DNA of 64,000 nucleotides from Marsupella aquatica (taxonomy: Eukaryota; Plantae; Marchantiophyta), in assembly GCA_973895155.1 (NCBI GenBank), contig OZ316894.1, positions 12,316,828 through 12,380,827 on the forward strand. Reading direction: 5' to 3'. How positions within the stretch are numbered: position 1 is the first letter of the stretch; every line of letters begins with the position of its first letter. This document shows positions 39,201-52,128 of this stretch, piece after piece. The position numbers were made by a program, and so were the translations under genes. Below the pieces are notes generated by a model. It worked only from the letters and a program-made list of their open reading frames with translations. It had not been told where the DNA came from and searched no databases.

Positions 39201-42200
39201 GCTAACGCGACATCGAGCTCGCATGAGGTAGGTTTACTCGATAATGATGACATATTGTGATGTCAAGGTTATGCTCTCAACATAGTGTCAAATCTAGATA
39301 GTGATGACTGGATTCTAGATAGTGCATGTACTTTTCACATTTGCTCTAGGAGAGATTGTTTCAGTTCTTACACAGTTTCCAACGGGTCAGTGTTGATGGG
39401 AAATGGAATCCCATGTCAAGTTGTTGGACTTGGATCTGTAAGATTTCAGATGTTTGATGGTGCTGTGAGAACATTGAGGAATGTAAGACATATTCCCAGC
39501 ATGATGAAAAATCTCATTTCACTTGGAGTTTTAGAAGCAAATGGCCATCAATGGAGTTTTGCTAATGATGTTCTTCAGGTTTCAACTGGTACTAAAGTTG
39601 TATTGAAGAGAAAGAGACATTGCAATCTATACATTTTGGAGGGCAGTGTAGTCTGTGATGAAGCCAATGTAACCTTATCTCATGAGGAGACGGCCTAGCT
39701 GTGGCACTTTTGTTTGGGCCACATGAGTGAAAAAGGTTTGGTTATTCTTCAGAAGAAAGGATTACTTTCTAATTTGCAATCTTGTAAGTTGGAATTTTGT
39801 GAGCACTGTGTGCTAGGGAAGCAGCACAGGAAACCCTTTGGAGTTGGAACTCACACCAGCAAGGAGGTACTTGAGTATGTACATAGTGATGTGTGGGGTC
39901 CAGCCCCTACTCCCTCACATTCTGGACGGTTATACTATGTCACGTTCATTGACGATTACTCAAGGTATGTGTGGATATACTTTCTACACAATAAGTCTGA
40001 TGTTTTTGCCATTTTTAAGGAGTAGAAAGCCCAAGTTGAGAATCAGACTGATAATAAGGTGAGATATCTTCGATCGGATAACGGCGGTGAATACAGTTCC
40101 GGGGAATTTGGAACGTATTGTAAGGAGCAGGGGATTACCCGTCATCTCAGAACAAGTTATACTCCTCAACAGAATGGTGTTTCTGAGAGACTCAACCGAA
40201 CACTATTGGACCGCTCGAGGAGTATGTTGAGTCAGTCATGCTTACCACATGAGTTTTGGGCTGAAGCTGTCAACACTGCAACTTATTTGGTAAAATTTTC
40301 TCCATCCAGTTCTATTGGATTCAAGACGCCATTTGAAATGAGGTACGGGCGTCCAACAGATTACTCACATCTGAGGATTTTTGGATGTGATGCTTATGTG
40401 CTTACACCTTCCCAGCTTCGATCCAAGCTGGAGTCCAAGTCAAAGAAGTGCATTTTCCTTGGCTATCAGAAAGGTGTGAAGGGTTATAGGTTATGGGATC
40501 CAATAACCTGTAAGCTAATTGTCAGTAGAGATGTGTCATTTAATGAATCCAGATCATCAAAGGAGGAGGAGAGTTCTCAGGACTCCCATACTGACAAGGG
40601 GAAATCTCCCATCCCGGACCGGGTTGAGGGAGAGATTAGTCATGATGTTGTTCATGACAGGAGAGATGGAGAAGCTCCGGGCTTGGAGCTAGTTCCTGTG
40701 ATGGAACAAGAGGAGCAAATTGTTGCTGGGGTACCTCAAATTCAACCAGAAGCAGCAGCAGATCAGCCTGAGTCAACTACTAGAAGAACTTTCAGTCGTT
40801 CTACTAGAGCTCCTACTAGGTATGGTCAATGGGCAGACTCATCTAAGCTAGATGATATTGACATTACACCTGATGATGATGACATGGCTTTGATCTTGGA
40901 AGAAGGAGAGTCTTCTTCGTACAGTGAGGCTTGTGCTTCAGAGCAGAAGCATGAGTGGAATGCAGCAATGCAGAGAGAATTGCAATCTTTGAGTGACAAC
41001 AAGACATGGGAGCTGGTGGAGCTTCCAAAAGGTCAACAAGTGGTGGACAGCAAGTGGATTTACAAGTTGAAGGACAGTCCTTCAGAGGGTGGAGATAAGA
41101 TCTACAAGGCAAGGCTTGTTGCCAAGGGGTTCACTCAGGAGAAAGGAGTGTACTACAATGAGGTCTTTTCACCGGTGACTAAGTATTCCACAATTCGGAT
41201 CTTGTGTCAGCTTGTTGTGTTTTTTGGTCTGGTGATGGATTAGATGGATGTTGTTACTGCTTTTCTCTATGGCAACTTGGAAGAGTTGATCTTCATGAGA
41301 CAGCCACTAGGCTTTATGAAGAAGGGCCAAGAGAACTTAGTTTGCAGATTGCTCAAGTCCTTGTATGGATTGAAGCAGTCTCCCAGATAGTGGAACAATC
41401 GGTTTGATGATTTCATGCTTGCTCAAGGTTTTACAATGATGGTGTATGATCCTTGTGTGTATACGAAATCAGTCAAGAATGATGTATTTGGTTTCATCAT
41501 TCTGGTTATTTATGTGGATGACATGCTGATTGTGGCTAAAGATCAATCTGAGGTTGACAGTCTCAAGGCAAAATTGAGTGTTGAATTCAGGATGAAGTAT
41601 CTTGGTAAGGCCAAGAGGATCTTAGGGATGGAGATTTTTAGGAACTCTGAGACTGGACAGTTGTGCTTGAGTCAAGGCCAGTATGCGAGGACAGTACTTG
41701 CACGATTCAACATGGAGAACTATAAGCCAGTGAGTATTTCTTTAGTGAAAGGTACATTGGGAAGCTGTGAAATGGATTCTCAGGTATCTCAAGGGTACAC
41801 AGCACTATGGATTACTATTTGATAACAGATCAGATAGAATGTTAGTTGGCTATGTAGATTCTGACTATGGAGGTTGTCTGGACACAAGGAGGTCTACAAC
41901 TGGGTTAGTATACACTCTTGGAGGAGGATGTATTAGTTGGAAATCTACCTTGCAGAAGTGCATTTCTCAGTCTACTATAGAAGTAGAGTATGTTGCAGCA
42001 GCAAAAGCAGCAAAGGAAGCAATTTGGTTGGATAAGTTAATCGCGGAGATGGGTTTAGAGCATGGCAAAATGACTATAAACTGTGATAGTCAGAGTGCTC
42101 TTCACTTGGCTGCTAACCAGGTGATGGATAGCAGGGTGAAGCACATTGATATCAGGTACCATTTTATCAGGCAAGCAGTGTCTGATAAAACTTTTGAGCT

Positions 42201-42855
42201 AGTCAAGATTGATGGAAAACTCAATCCTGCTGATGCCTTTACCAAAGTGATTCCTTTGGAGAGTTTCTCAAGACACCGTGCTACTTTGCAGGTTTTGCAA
42301 TTGTAGTGCAAGTAGAGTTATTTAGCAATGTGTGACTATTTGTATATGGATTACTCATTCCTGTTAGGCTACGGCTTAGTTCTAGTTAACCCTTAGTTAA
42401 CCCTTGTGGTTTTTAGGGGGAGACCTAGTTTGGTGATTGTCTAGAACTTCCCGCTGAGGATTCCATATGGTAGCATTTAGTCCAGTCCCCAAGACAAGAG
42501 TCAAGGGGGAGTTTGTTAGATATTGCTCTAGTCTTGTGACTCATGAGCTAACCACAGTTAGTCTAACTTGGGTTAGGACCTAGCTAATGTTAGCGCTAGT
42601 GCTATTGTGCATATAGCCAGGGCTGATGCCAGACCCTGGTGGAACTTAAGCTCATTGTTACGGAGCTAGTTGAGAGATAGGGAGAGCTTGTGCTGTGGAT
42701 GCTTGGTATGGCCGGTCGGCCTAGAGTACAGTAAAGCTCTTGTGTGTTCCCGTGGACGTAGCCTCATGTGTAGGTGAACCACGTATCTCTCTGTGTCGAC
42801 TATTGTGCGTTAAGGTTCATGGGCTTGCCGTTACGAATGTCGTCTATGCTCAACA
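36260..42855 (+). mobile_element. Full-length Ty1/Copia LTR retrotransposon (Tork/Tnt1-like), sister family of 20326-26985, decayed
   Basis: 342-bp LTRs at 36260-36601 and 42514-42855 (about 11 mismatches by eye). TSD ATTAT on both sides, PBS TGGTATCAGAGC at 36604 and PPT AAGGGGGAGTT. Confidence 0.97.
38402..42306 (+). pseudogene. Copia gag-pol polyprotein with stops, frameshifts and a deletion in late RT
   Basis: MARFGGVKFEVKKYDG gag, WILDSACTFH protease, CEHC..GKQ and HSDVWGP integrase, YVDDML RT, CDSQSA RNase H. Confidence 0.93.
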
Positions 42856-43502
42856 ATTATTTGAGCAAAGGTTTCCGCGGCTCGAGTCAACTTTAAAAAA
42901 AAAATCATACCCACATGCCTCACCAAGTCTGAGAAGGAGCATGTCCCAAATAGGTAATACAACTACAAATACTCTAGATAAGTCCAACTGGTTTGCAGGT
43001 TCTTGTGTGCCCTTGTTGTGTACCGCATCCTTAGGTAAAGTAGGCTTGAGGGGCACCAAAAGGATATAACTTGATACTATGTCACTTTCTATGTTAAATT
43101 TTGGTTGGGTTGTTGGTGTTGCCAAAATTAATGTTATCATTTTGGTCATTGTTGTTGTTGCCCCGAGGTACTCACTTATTTCTTTCGACCCATAATGAAC
43201 ATAGAAGTATAGGGTTTGTTAATTGGGTTTAGTGAAGAGTTATAAATTATTGTGAAAGAACATTTGGGGTGTTTCAATCAAGTTTCGAAAATGATAAGAA
43301 TTAAATGGTTCTTAAAACCAAATTGGGAACGTTCTAAGAATATTCAAAAAAGTCAGGGTTGAGAAAAACATGAAAATTTTATAAACTTATATTTTAGGGT
43401 GCTATTCCTCCAAACATTTGTACATGATATGAAACCTACCTTGGGATGAGGCCCCAGGTTGTTGTTGTGAAAGTGTTGTTGTTGGGGAGAGCAAAAGTTA
43501 TT

Positions 43503-43574
43503 ACATGGGCACTCGTGATTGGTGTCCAGGCATGGTCTTACATGGGCACTCGTGATTGGTGTCCAGGCATGGTC
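43503..43574. repeat. 37-bp tandem duplication
   Basis: acatgggcactcgtgattggtgtccaggcatggtc occurs twice. Confidence 0.9.
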
Positions 43575-44339
43575 ACACAATATTGGGGAGTGCATTTTAT
43601 TTTATTTTTAAGTTACTCTGAATACATACTTAAATAATAGTCTTTATTCAGACTTTCTCCAAAATTTCCACAATTTTATTTAATATTCATTTTGGGCAGA
43701 TGTGGGCAAGCATTGGACAGACATTTGAGGTGGGAGGAGTGTCTAGGTGGGTCTGATGGTACCAAAAAAAACTGATGAAGGGCTAGGATTGACTCTCAAT
43801 TTTCCTCATTTTGTAGAAGACTGCTTTTTGGGTGGATAGTGTATTATGGTGTTTGATGAGTTGACGTAAAATAGATGAGAGCGTGGAATGGGGGGTAAGA
43901 TAATTGGACATGTACACTCATTCATTTTGTCACTGCACGGAAGAAAAATGAGGGCAAATATACATGCATCTATTCTGGTATGACATGAATGCATGGACAT
44001 TGTCTAATGCAGACTTACACTTCTCATTTTTGTCCCACATGCAGGGGATCTAGGTGCTCCAATTAGAAATAACCAATGGTTGAGAACCAATAGAAATGAA
44101 ACCAAAAACAAATCTTGAAAAATAGAATTCTATGCTAGTTTCCCTACACCATCCCTATTTTTTAAATTTTTTTACCATCCCTATTTTTTGTCCACCATTA
44201 TTTTCAGTTTTGTCCTTATTTAGGGTCACAGTCAGTTTGGTCTTTTTTGAGAGTTAGGTTCTAGAGGCTTCACTCTAGCCCTGGAAAGTAATTTTGCAAT
44301 GCGCATATTATTATGATTAGCAAGGTTTTGTGATTCAGT

Positions 44340-44470
44340 AATTGCACATCAGAATGTGACAATATACAATGTACAATGGATAACACTTGTTGATCAAAAG
44401 AGAATAATTGAGTTTATCATGTATGGAGTGACACCATAGAGTGTATATTGTCACATTTTGATTTGCAGTT
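44340..44470. mobile_element. Small foldback (MITE-like) element, about 130 bp
   Basis: aattgcacatcagaatgtgacaatataca pairs with tgtatattgtcacattttgatttgcagtt. Confidence 0.55.
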
Positions 44471-44479
44471 CCCGGGATG

Positions 44480-45372
44480 CCACCTTCTTATTTATGAATC
44501 TAGGAAGGAGATCAGGTTTTGGGTTGGTTCTTGGGCTAGCCTGTCCATGAGACTGGGTTTCCTTCCTTCAAGAGTGGCTTGGGTGCTTACCACAATTACC
44601 TAGTAAGCAAACAGAAAATGGATCAGTGAGCTACAAATCCCGTCTAGGGTTCATAGGAGATTATTTACTTACAAAATCTGCCCACAGCACCCTCAACATT
44701 ATGGTCATGTGCACTTTGCGCAGGGTTAGTGACTAGGCCGTGGGCACTAGTATGAACAAGGTTGCGGGCTGCTCTTTCTTTAGCAAGCTTGATACTGCAA
44801 TGAGGTCCCAAAAATGCAACCCTGGCTTCTTTTTACTCATTCACACGATGATTTGCAGCATCTAGCTGGAGTGTTGCCAATGCACTTTCTGAGCTAACTC
44901 TGCTCGGTTCCTATTGCATCTCATTCTCATGGTGCTGCAGTAATTGTTCACACTACGCTTAACCATACTAGCAGTGTGTAGAAGGCTCGGCGGTTGAGTC
45001 AAACACTGAGTGACATTACTAACTATGATTGAATGGAAGAGGCGGTGACACTGCTCTCCTATAGTCCCATTTTTGGGGTGTCCAGCTTGCTATTGTTTGT
45101 GGTACATCCAACTCCTCTCTTGGAAGGTGTTTTGTTTCAGGCCTCTTGCCTTTTGTTGGGTGGTTGGCCCTTGTTGTTGCTAGTCATATTGGGGTGTGGG
45201 GTGATTGTGGTTTCCTTTGGGTGGTTTTGCCCCATTTGAATGTGACATTTGTGTGCTTTAGCCCTCTGGGTTTGTTATTCTTTGTGCCCCGCTGGTCTTC
45301 GCCATGACAGTCTTTGGAATAAACGGACACTCTGCCACCTTCTTTAATTTAAAATTTTTATTAAAAGAAAAA
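44480..45372 (+). mobile_element. Possible old 5'-truncated LINE 3' fragment
   Basis: A G/T-rich tract resembles the LINE 3'UTR at 49057-49311 in composition and ends in tttaaaatttttattaaaagaaaaa. No clear protein motif. Confidence 0.3.
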
Positions 45373-45749
45373 CAGTTCCTTCCAATTTTGCGGTGTTCAA
45401 TATTGGTGCACTTAATTCTTTTTCTTTCAAGTTCCCATTACAAGATATTTTCAAATCAAGCCATCCATCATATATAGTTCATCTCAAGGAATGACTTTCT
45501 GTAATCATGAGCAATGTCATTCATTCTATTTTGATCAACTAGCTCTTTCAAGGTGGTCTCAACGCATGCCTTAATTGCAGGCTCACTGAATTTGTTTTAA
45601 GCACTCCACATTGTGAACATTGTGCTCGATGTATTCAGCTGATTCACTATACCTTGAATTCATTTTCCGGTTAGCAATGTGCTTGAAAGGCCTAGTTAAT
45701 TTTATTGCCCACATTCATGGCTCTAGTCTTCTCATGTAGTATGCATTGA

Positions 45750-46345
45750 GTAGCTCAATACCCGTGCGTTGCACAAAAGATGTTGTGATGGCCAAGATGT
45801 CATTGAGAACAAAGAGGTCGTGTCAGCCAAGAGGTTGTTGAGAAGAAAGATGTTGTGTTGGCCAAGAGGTCGTTGAGAAGAAAGATGTCATGTTGCCCAA
45901 GATGTTGTTGAGAACAAAAGATGTCATGTCGGCCAAGATGCCGGTGATAACAAAAGATGTCATGCCGGTCAAGAGGTCATTGAGCAAGAAGATGTCGTGT
46001 CGGGCAAGAGGTCATTGAGAAGGAAGATGTTGTGTCGGCCAAGGTGCCGGTGATAACAAAAGATGTCGTGTCGGCTAAGTCGTTGAGATCAAAAGATGTG
46101 GTGAAGACAATACCCGTGCGTTGCACAAAAGATGTCGTGAAGAAAAAGATGTCGTGTCCCCCAAGATGTTGTTAAGAACAAAAGATGTCATGTCGCCCAA
46201 GATGTTATTAAGAAAAAAGATGTCGTGTCATCTAAGATGTCCTTAAGGAAGATGTTGTGTCACCCAAGATGCAGTTAAGAAAAAAAAGATATGGTGTTGC
46301 CCAAGATGTTCTTAAGAAAAAAACTGTTGCACAAAAAGGGCGCAA
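45750..46345 (-). mobile_element. Helitron-like 3' terminus plus tandem array of about 35-40 bp (aaagatgtcgtgtcggccaagatg...) units
   Basis: On the - strand, tgtgcaacgcacgggtattgagctac resembles the plant Helitron 3' hairpin (GTGCAACGCAC) followed by a CTAG-like end. The motif recurs near 46110 and 53990. Confidence 0.6.
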
Positions 46346-46966
46346 AAAATGAGTACATAATGTCAACAACCACAAACTATCATTAAGAATGATTTTTGTC
46401 TTTGTCTTTGTATTTTTCATTTTGTAATCCCTTGTAAACCTTTTACTACCCCCCCCCCCCCCCCTTTAGGCCTTTTGTACTATTTTTTGGTTTGAATTAA
46501 ACTCCTCGTATGACATAGATTATCATGGGGTACTTGATATGGATGTCTAGGCATGGAGAGTGGAGTACTATTTCTATGCATGTATAGTACTATACCTAGA
46601 TGGTCCATAAATACTTGATTATTGTGCATTGCCATTCTGTGGCATTCCCCTTTATTTCTTGCTTGGAAGACTTGTCACTCCTTACTTCACACTAAATATA
46701 ATTCAATTTTGGTTTATTCTATAATTCCTTCTCTTGGTCATATTTTTTAATTTTTCTGCCATGCAAATTTGAATGACGACCATGTGAGTTAATGTGTATT
46801 ATAGGAGTTAATAGCTCTGAATGACGTGGTGAAATTTGATGTCATGGCGCCAAAGATGTTGTTAAATGAAAGATGTTGTCAAGTAAAAAGATGTTGTAAC
46901 TTACGGAAATCCACTGTGATACCACTAGTAACAACAACGCCATGATGGCTCAGGGATACTGGCTGT

Positions 46967-48574
46967 GTGATCAGTGGTAGGGGGGAACTCCAGAAATACC
47001 TCAGAGCTCCACTAGGGGTAGACCTGAAAATGGAGCAGCTGCACAACTATGTATTGGATAAGATTGGACAAAGGCTTTTATCTTGGGCCAACAAGATGTT
47101 GACATTCACAGGCAGAACTTTGCTTATAAGGCAAATTTTACAGGCAATACCAGTATACCACTCGATGTTCCTAAAGGCTTCTAATGCGCTGGCAAGAAAA
47201 ATGACTGCACTTTGTAGAGGCTTTCTGTGGGGGTATAATAAGGAGGGAGGTAGGCGGGTACCACTGGTCTCCTGGGCTCGCATCTCTCGCCCTAAGATGG
47301 AGGGGGGACTTGGAATCAAGGATTTCAGAAGCCATTCGGATGCATTACTCGCCAAATGGTTTACTGGGGCGCTGGATTCCCCCAGATTGGAATGGGCCTG
47401 CTTGTTTGCTGCGAATTTGAAACTGATTGGATGGGCCAACTATAAGGTAGTAAGGAGAAACAACTACACATTTAGGCACAAGATGCTGCTCTGCTGTCCA
47501 CGAGCACTTCATGGACTGGCATATACAGGTGGGCTTTGGAAGGCATGGGAACAGCTACGGGTGAATTTGATATTCTGCTCCACGGATCGAGTACCAGGAA
47601 GATGGGCAGTAGGGGACACAATCAGGTGCTTGAAAGGCTTCCAAGCATGGAGCAATGAGGACATGGCTGCTGTCACGAGGCTCTGTGGGCGACTGGGCAT
47701 TCGGTGTATACAAGATCTGTGGGCAGAGGAGAGACAGGGATGGAGAATGGTGAATGAGAGACGGGAGAACCTGAGGGGATTTTCACTCGAACACCATAAT
47801 CTGGGAAGGAAATTCATGGATGCACTAGTGAGCATCAAACAGTGTGTTTGGGGCTATGAGCCTGGTCCTCGATGTTGGTGTTGGGCAGACTGTCCGGATC
47901 CACTGAAGAGCTTTGGAATCCAGAATAGGAGAGCTTATAGGATGATCAGGATTGAGTGCAGCGATACCCCCAGTCTGAACAGAACGTGGGGGATATCCAG
48001 GACAGCGGGGGAGTGGAATGTAGAATGGACTGGTATATGGAGATCTGGGTTGACTATGAGGGCTAAGACTTTTCTGTGGAGGATAATTGCATCTGGTCTG
48101 TTTACTGGAGCGAGGGCGATAAAGATAGGTAAAGGAACTGGTGAGTGCAAGCTGTGTCCTGGGATTCTAGAATCCATTCCCCACCTCTTCATTGACTGTG
48201 CACATGCACAGCAATGCTGGGCTTTATGTGCGGGATGTTTTGATGGTGCATTTGCGGATCGCTCTGGAGGCCTGATTGGGATGCTTGACTCTGCTATCGG
48301 AAGGAACCCATGTAAAGTAGTGAAATTGTTTATGCTATACCAGATCCTCTGGACGCTGTGGAATGGCAGGAATGAACACATGTTCAAGACAGAGGGAACC
48401 AGAAAGCTAGACCTGCGCTTTATGCTCTCTGAAGTGGCGGACCATGTCTCTGCGGTGATACTCACCTTACCGGCTTGTAATAGAAGAACAAGGCTACTTA
48501 GGTCCAAGGAGATGGTAAATAGGGAAAGGGTGCTATGGATTAACCGGAGGGATATCTGGATCACTTCAGGTTAG
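46967..48574 (+). CDS. L1 ORF2 C-terminal part (end of RT plus zf-RVT zinc finger), truncated
   Basis: QKYL.APLG, GRTLLI..ILQAIPVY, LVSW.RI..PKMEGGLG, CKLC...LESIPHLFIDC, LWTLWNGRN. Confidence 0.9.
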   Translation: MISGRGELQKYLRAPLGVDLKMEQLHNYVLDKIGQRLLSWANKMLTFTGRTLLIRQILQAIPVYHSMFLKASNALARKMTALCRGFLWGYNKEGGRRVPLVSWARISRPKMEGGLGIKDFRSHSDALLAKWFTGALDSPRLEWACLFAANLKLIGWANYKVVRRNNYTFRHKMLLCCPRALHGLAYTGGLWKAWEQLRVNLIFCSTDRVPGRWAVGDTIRCLKGFQAWSNEDMAAVTRLCGRLGIRCIQDLWAEERQGWRMVNERRENLRGFSLEHHNLGRKFMDALVSIKQCVWGYEPGPRCWCWADCPDPLKSFGIQNRRAYRMIRIECSDTPSLNRTWGISRTAGEWNVEWTGIWRSGLTMRAKTFLWRIIASGLFTGARAIKIGKGTGECKLCPGILESIPHLFIDCAHAQQCWALCAGCFDGAFADRSGGLIGMLDSAIGRNPCKVVKLFMLYQILWTLWNGRNEHMFKTEGTRKLDLRFMLSEVADHVSAVILTLPACNRRTRLLRSKEMVNRERVLWINRRDIWITSG

Positions 48575-49056
48575 AAGTAGAGTTTGTTTGAGGATGATGG
48601 TTTGTAGATGATGAGGGTTCTGTCTATCAAGGGTACTGTGATAGGTTGTTGGGCTGCCTGTTAAACGCCAACTTCGACCTTGCGATTAATGGCCGTTTAA
48701 CTACCTTCTCCTCAGTAATCTCGTTTAAACGATTAACCGACCTTCGAGAGGCGGCACTCCTTCTATCTCGACACAGTCCCCGTAAGTGAATCCGACCAAG
48801 TGCTCTTGAATGTCGAGTTCCGTCTTCCACTTCTTAGGTACTTCAGCCTCGGCCAACACTAACCCCTCTCTATACACAATCTCAATGAACCCACACCACT
48901 CGTGGTAAGTGATCAAGCAAATCGGAATATTCTCGTATAGTGACTGACGGGAAATAAGATGGGTGCCGATAGAACAGATCCACAGTTCCAGTGATCTTAC
49001 TTAAGGTAATCAAGGAGCAAGACTTGTCGTCACTACTGTCTGCGTTCATGGTTTTT

Positions 49057-52000
49057 CCTTGGAATGGTTTTTTTTATAAATTTTAATACCGTGAAAGACC
49101 CCACGGATAGGGGGAACAACAGCCCTTAATACAGGGACAGCAACAGCACACTAGCGAGCCACAAAGAGAGCCCAAAAGCACAAAAGAGAGCATCAAAGCC
49201 CCAGGGAGAGCCCCCCCTCAAAGAAGGGAAATAACACCGATCAAGAGAGCACCCATGCCCTTCCCACAGCAGCCCCCCAAAAAGCAGACCCCTCAATCAG
49301 CAACGCCGCCGCTAGAGGGCACCAAGAGAATCCCTGTCCCCACCCCGTCTCAGCCAGATTTGCCTCGTTCCCCGCAACCATTCCTGAGCCCGGTTCAACC
49401 GAGAGCGACGCCGCCCAAAGCGTAAACCAGCCCCAACCGCATGGATGTGATTGGCAGTCTCAGCAAGCATCAGGCCCAAGTCAAATGAACGTCCCACCTT
49501 GTCAGAGAACATATGTTCATTTCTTCCCAGCCAAATCATCCAGAGAGTCTGATATACACAAAAGATCCTAGCAGTGTGAATAGGCTCCGGTCCTGTCGAT
49601 GCATCAAGAATAGCCAGCAGACCACCTCCAATGGGTAAGCGAAGCTCCGTCAAAATCCTGTCACACATCCTCCAGCAACATGAGGCATGGGAACATTCAA
49701 TGAACAAATGTTGCATCGTCTCCAAGACCCCACAGCAAAGCTTGCAATTCCCAGTACCAGCCTGGATACGGAGGGCCCGTTGACCAGTAAACAATCCACC
49801 AACCAGGATCCGCCAGATAAAGGTTTTTGCCCTGCAGGAGAGGTCAAAAATCCACAGCTTCTTCCATCCAATGCACCATTCAATTTCCGACCGGTGTGAG
49901 GACCAGCACCTATTAAGCAGCACATGAAGGCTCATCTTGGGTCTCAAGAACTGGTAGACCCTGCAGTTGGTGATCTGAAAGTCCTTGAGAGGTTCTGCCC
50001 TGTCAGACCAGCGCCACTGTCTGGCCGGAGGATCCCTGTCCCACCTGCAGGCAGTTGACTCCCAAATTCTCCCTAGGAACGCTCTAGCCAGCCCTCTGTG
50101 CTCCCCCGTGAATCCTCGCAGCACCTGCCCCCTAAGCGGAAGGTCTTTCCAGCCCCCTGTCTCCACCGACCATCCGTCCTGAATTGATCTCATTCCCAAG
50201 CGTCCACAAATAGCAGTGACTCCTACAATGTCCACATTTGGCAATGAATTGAAATCTACCATACATCTAATTGCATCGTTAATGCTCCAGCGTCCAGGGG
50301 CACCATATCTCCCAGGACAAAAAGCCAGATGGGCACGTAGCTCCTCCCAAGCCTTCCATAGACCACTTGTATACCTGAGACCACCGCCTGCCCTAGGAGT
50401 ACAGAGCAGAAGCCTATCCTTGAACGTGTAATTGTTTCTTCTGATCACCTTGTAATTCAACCATCCCATTAAAGATAAGTTGGCTGCCAGCATCTTCGAC
50501 CATTCCCTGTCTGGATACTCTAGGGCCTTAGTGAACCATTGTGATAATAATGCATTGGAGTGGCTTCTGAAGTCCTTGAATCCCAGGCCGCCCTCTATTT
50601 TTGGAAGTGTCATCTTGTCCCATGCCACCAGCGGAATTTTCTTCCCACCTGCAGGATTATATCCCCACAGAAAATCTCTACTGAGGGCAATGAGTTTCTT
50701 GGCCAGACCCGCTGAAGCCTTGAGGTGCATCACATGGTAGATTGGGATGGCCTGGAGCACGTGTTTGACCAATAAGGTTCGACCTGTGAAAGAGAGGAGC
50801 TTATTTGTCCAAGATGACAGTCGTGAGCTGATTTTATCTAGGCAGAATCTGTGCAGTTGCTCAGTCTTCAGCCCGGCCCCCAAGGGAGCGCCCAGATATT
50901 TCTGAACCTCCCCCATTGCACTCACTTGACAGCCAGAGTACAGCAGCCAATCCGGGATGACCTCAATTGCCAAGGGAATCACCACAGATTTTCGTAGGTT
51001 CAGCTTTGCTCCAGAACCCATTTCATAACATGCAAGTGCAGTTTGTGCCTGGGTGAAAGCTTCCTCCGTGGCAGGAATGAACATTCCAACATCATCTGCG
51101 AATAATCTGTAGCATATTGTGAGTGTGTCCGTGATTGACAGTCCACTAAGTCTCCCAGCCTCCATCTCTGCAGCTAAGAAGTCCATCAGCGGTTGTGTCG
51201 AGATGACAAAAAGTAGGGGCGACAAGGGGCAGCCCTGTCTCACCCCCCTCTTAAGCTCAATCATACCCGTCGCAAAACCATTGACCATTGCCTTCGAGAA
51301 AGATCCAGCCAACAGAGCCCGTACCAGTGTGATAAAGTGGCCACTTATTCCCAGTAAGTGCATTGTGTCCCATATGTATTCGTGATTCACCCTGTCAAAG
51401 GCCTTTTCGAAATCCAACTTCAAGAAAAGTGCCTCCATCTTCTTGTGCTGTATCCAGTCACATGCGAGCCAGGCCAGTGAGATGTTTTCCAGAATGTGGC
51501 GCCCCTGTATAAATCCGGTCTGTTGGGGGCTGATTATCTTGTTCATGATTTCTTGTAACCGCAATGCCAGGATCTTAGCAATGACTTTGTACGTTGTGTT
51601 CAACATTGTAAGGGGACGCCAGTCCTTCAGTGATCTCTTATCAGGCTTCTTCGGAATGAGCTTTATTATCCCTTCTTTTAATGCACTATCAATCTCTCCT
51701 GTCATCCAGAATTCTTGTATCATTTCTACCAAGTCCTGTCCCAGAAACTCCCAGCATGCGCGCAGTACTTCTGCCGTTAAGCCGTCTGGGCCAGGCGATT
51801 TGTCTCCTGGTAGCATCCAAAGCACTTCCTTCACCTCTTTAGTTGTCGGGAGAGCTTCCAATTTCATTCTCTCTGCCGCTGTAAGCGCAAATTTTGTGTG
51901 TTGCAGTAGACGTCTCCTCTCTTGCCGTCGTTCTTGTGTCTCCCTTTGTGAGGGTTCCTGCGGTGCATAAAGTGCTTGACACATTTTCTCCACTTCAAGC

Positions 52001-52128
52001 ACAATGCTTGCCGCCTCTGTTATCTCCGTCCCATCCTCTTTGAGAATCAGGTTCATGGTTTCTCGGGCGCGTTTAGCCTTTACTATCGCATAGAAGAACT
52101 TTGTTGATTCGTCTCCTTCTCCCAGCCA
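49057..52128 (-). mobile_element. 5'-truncated L1-clade LINE nested in the 3' region of the + strand LINE
   Basis: Perfect 16-bp TSD tgcgttcatggttttt at 49041-49056 and 52129-52144, with an A-rich tail near 49068-49084. Confidence 0.92.

Noticed and set aside
45770-46345. CRISPR-like periodic repeats
   Set aside because: Degenerate tandem units with no unique spacers and no cas genes, in eukaryotic context.
47047-51970. Antisense ORFs overlapping the LINE ORF2 sequences
   Set aside because: Shadow frames of the RT coding regions.
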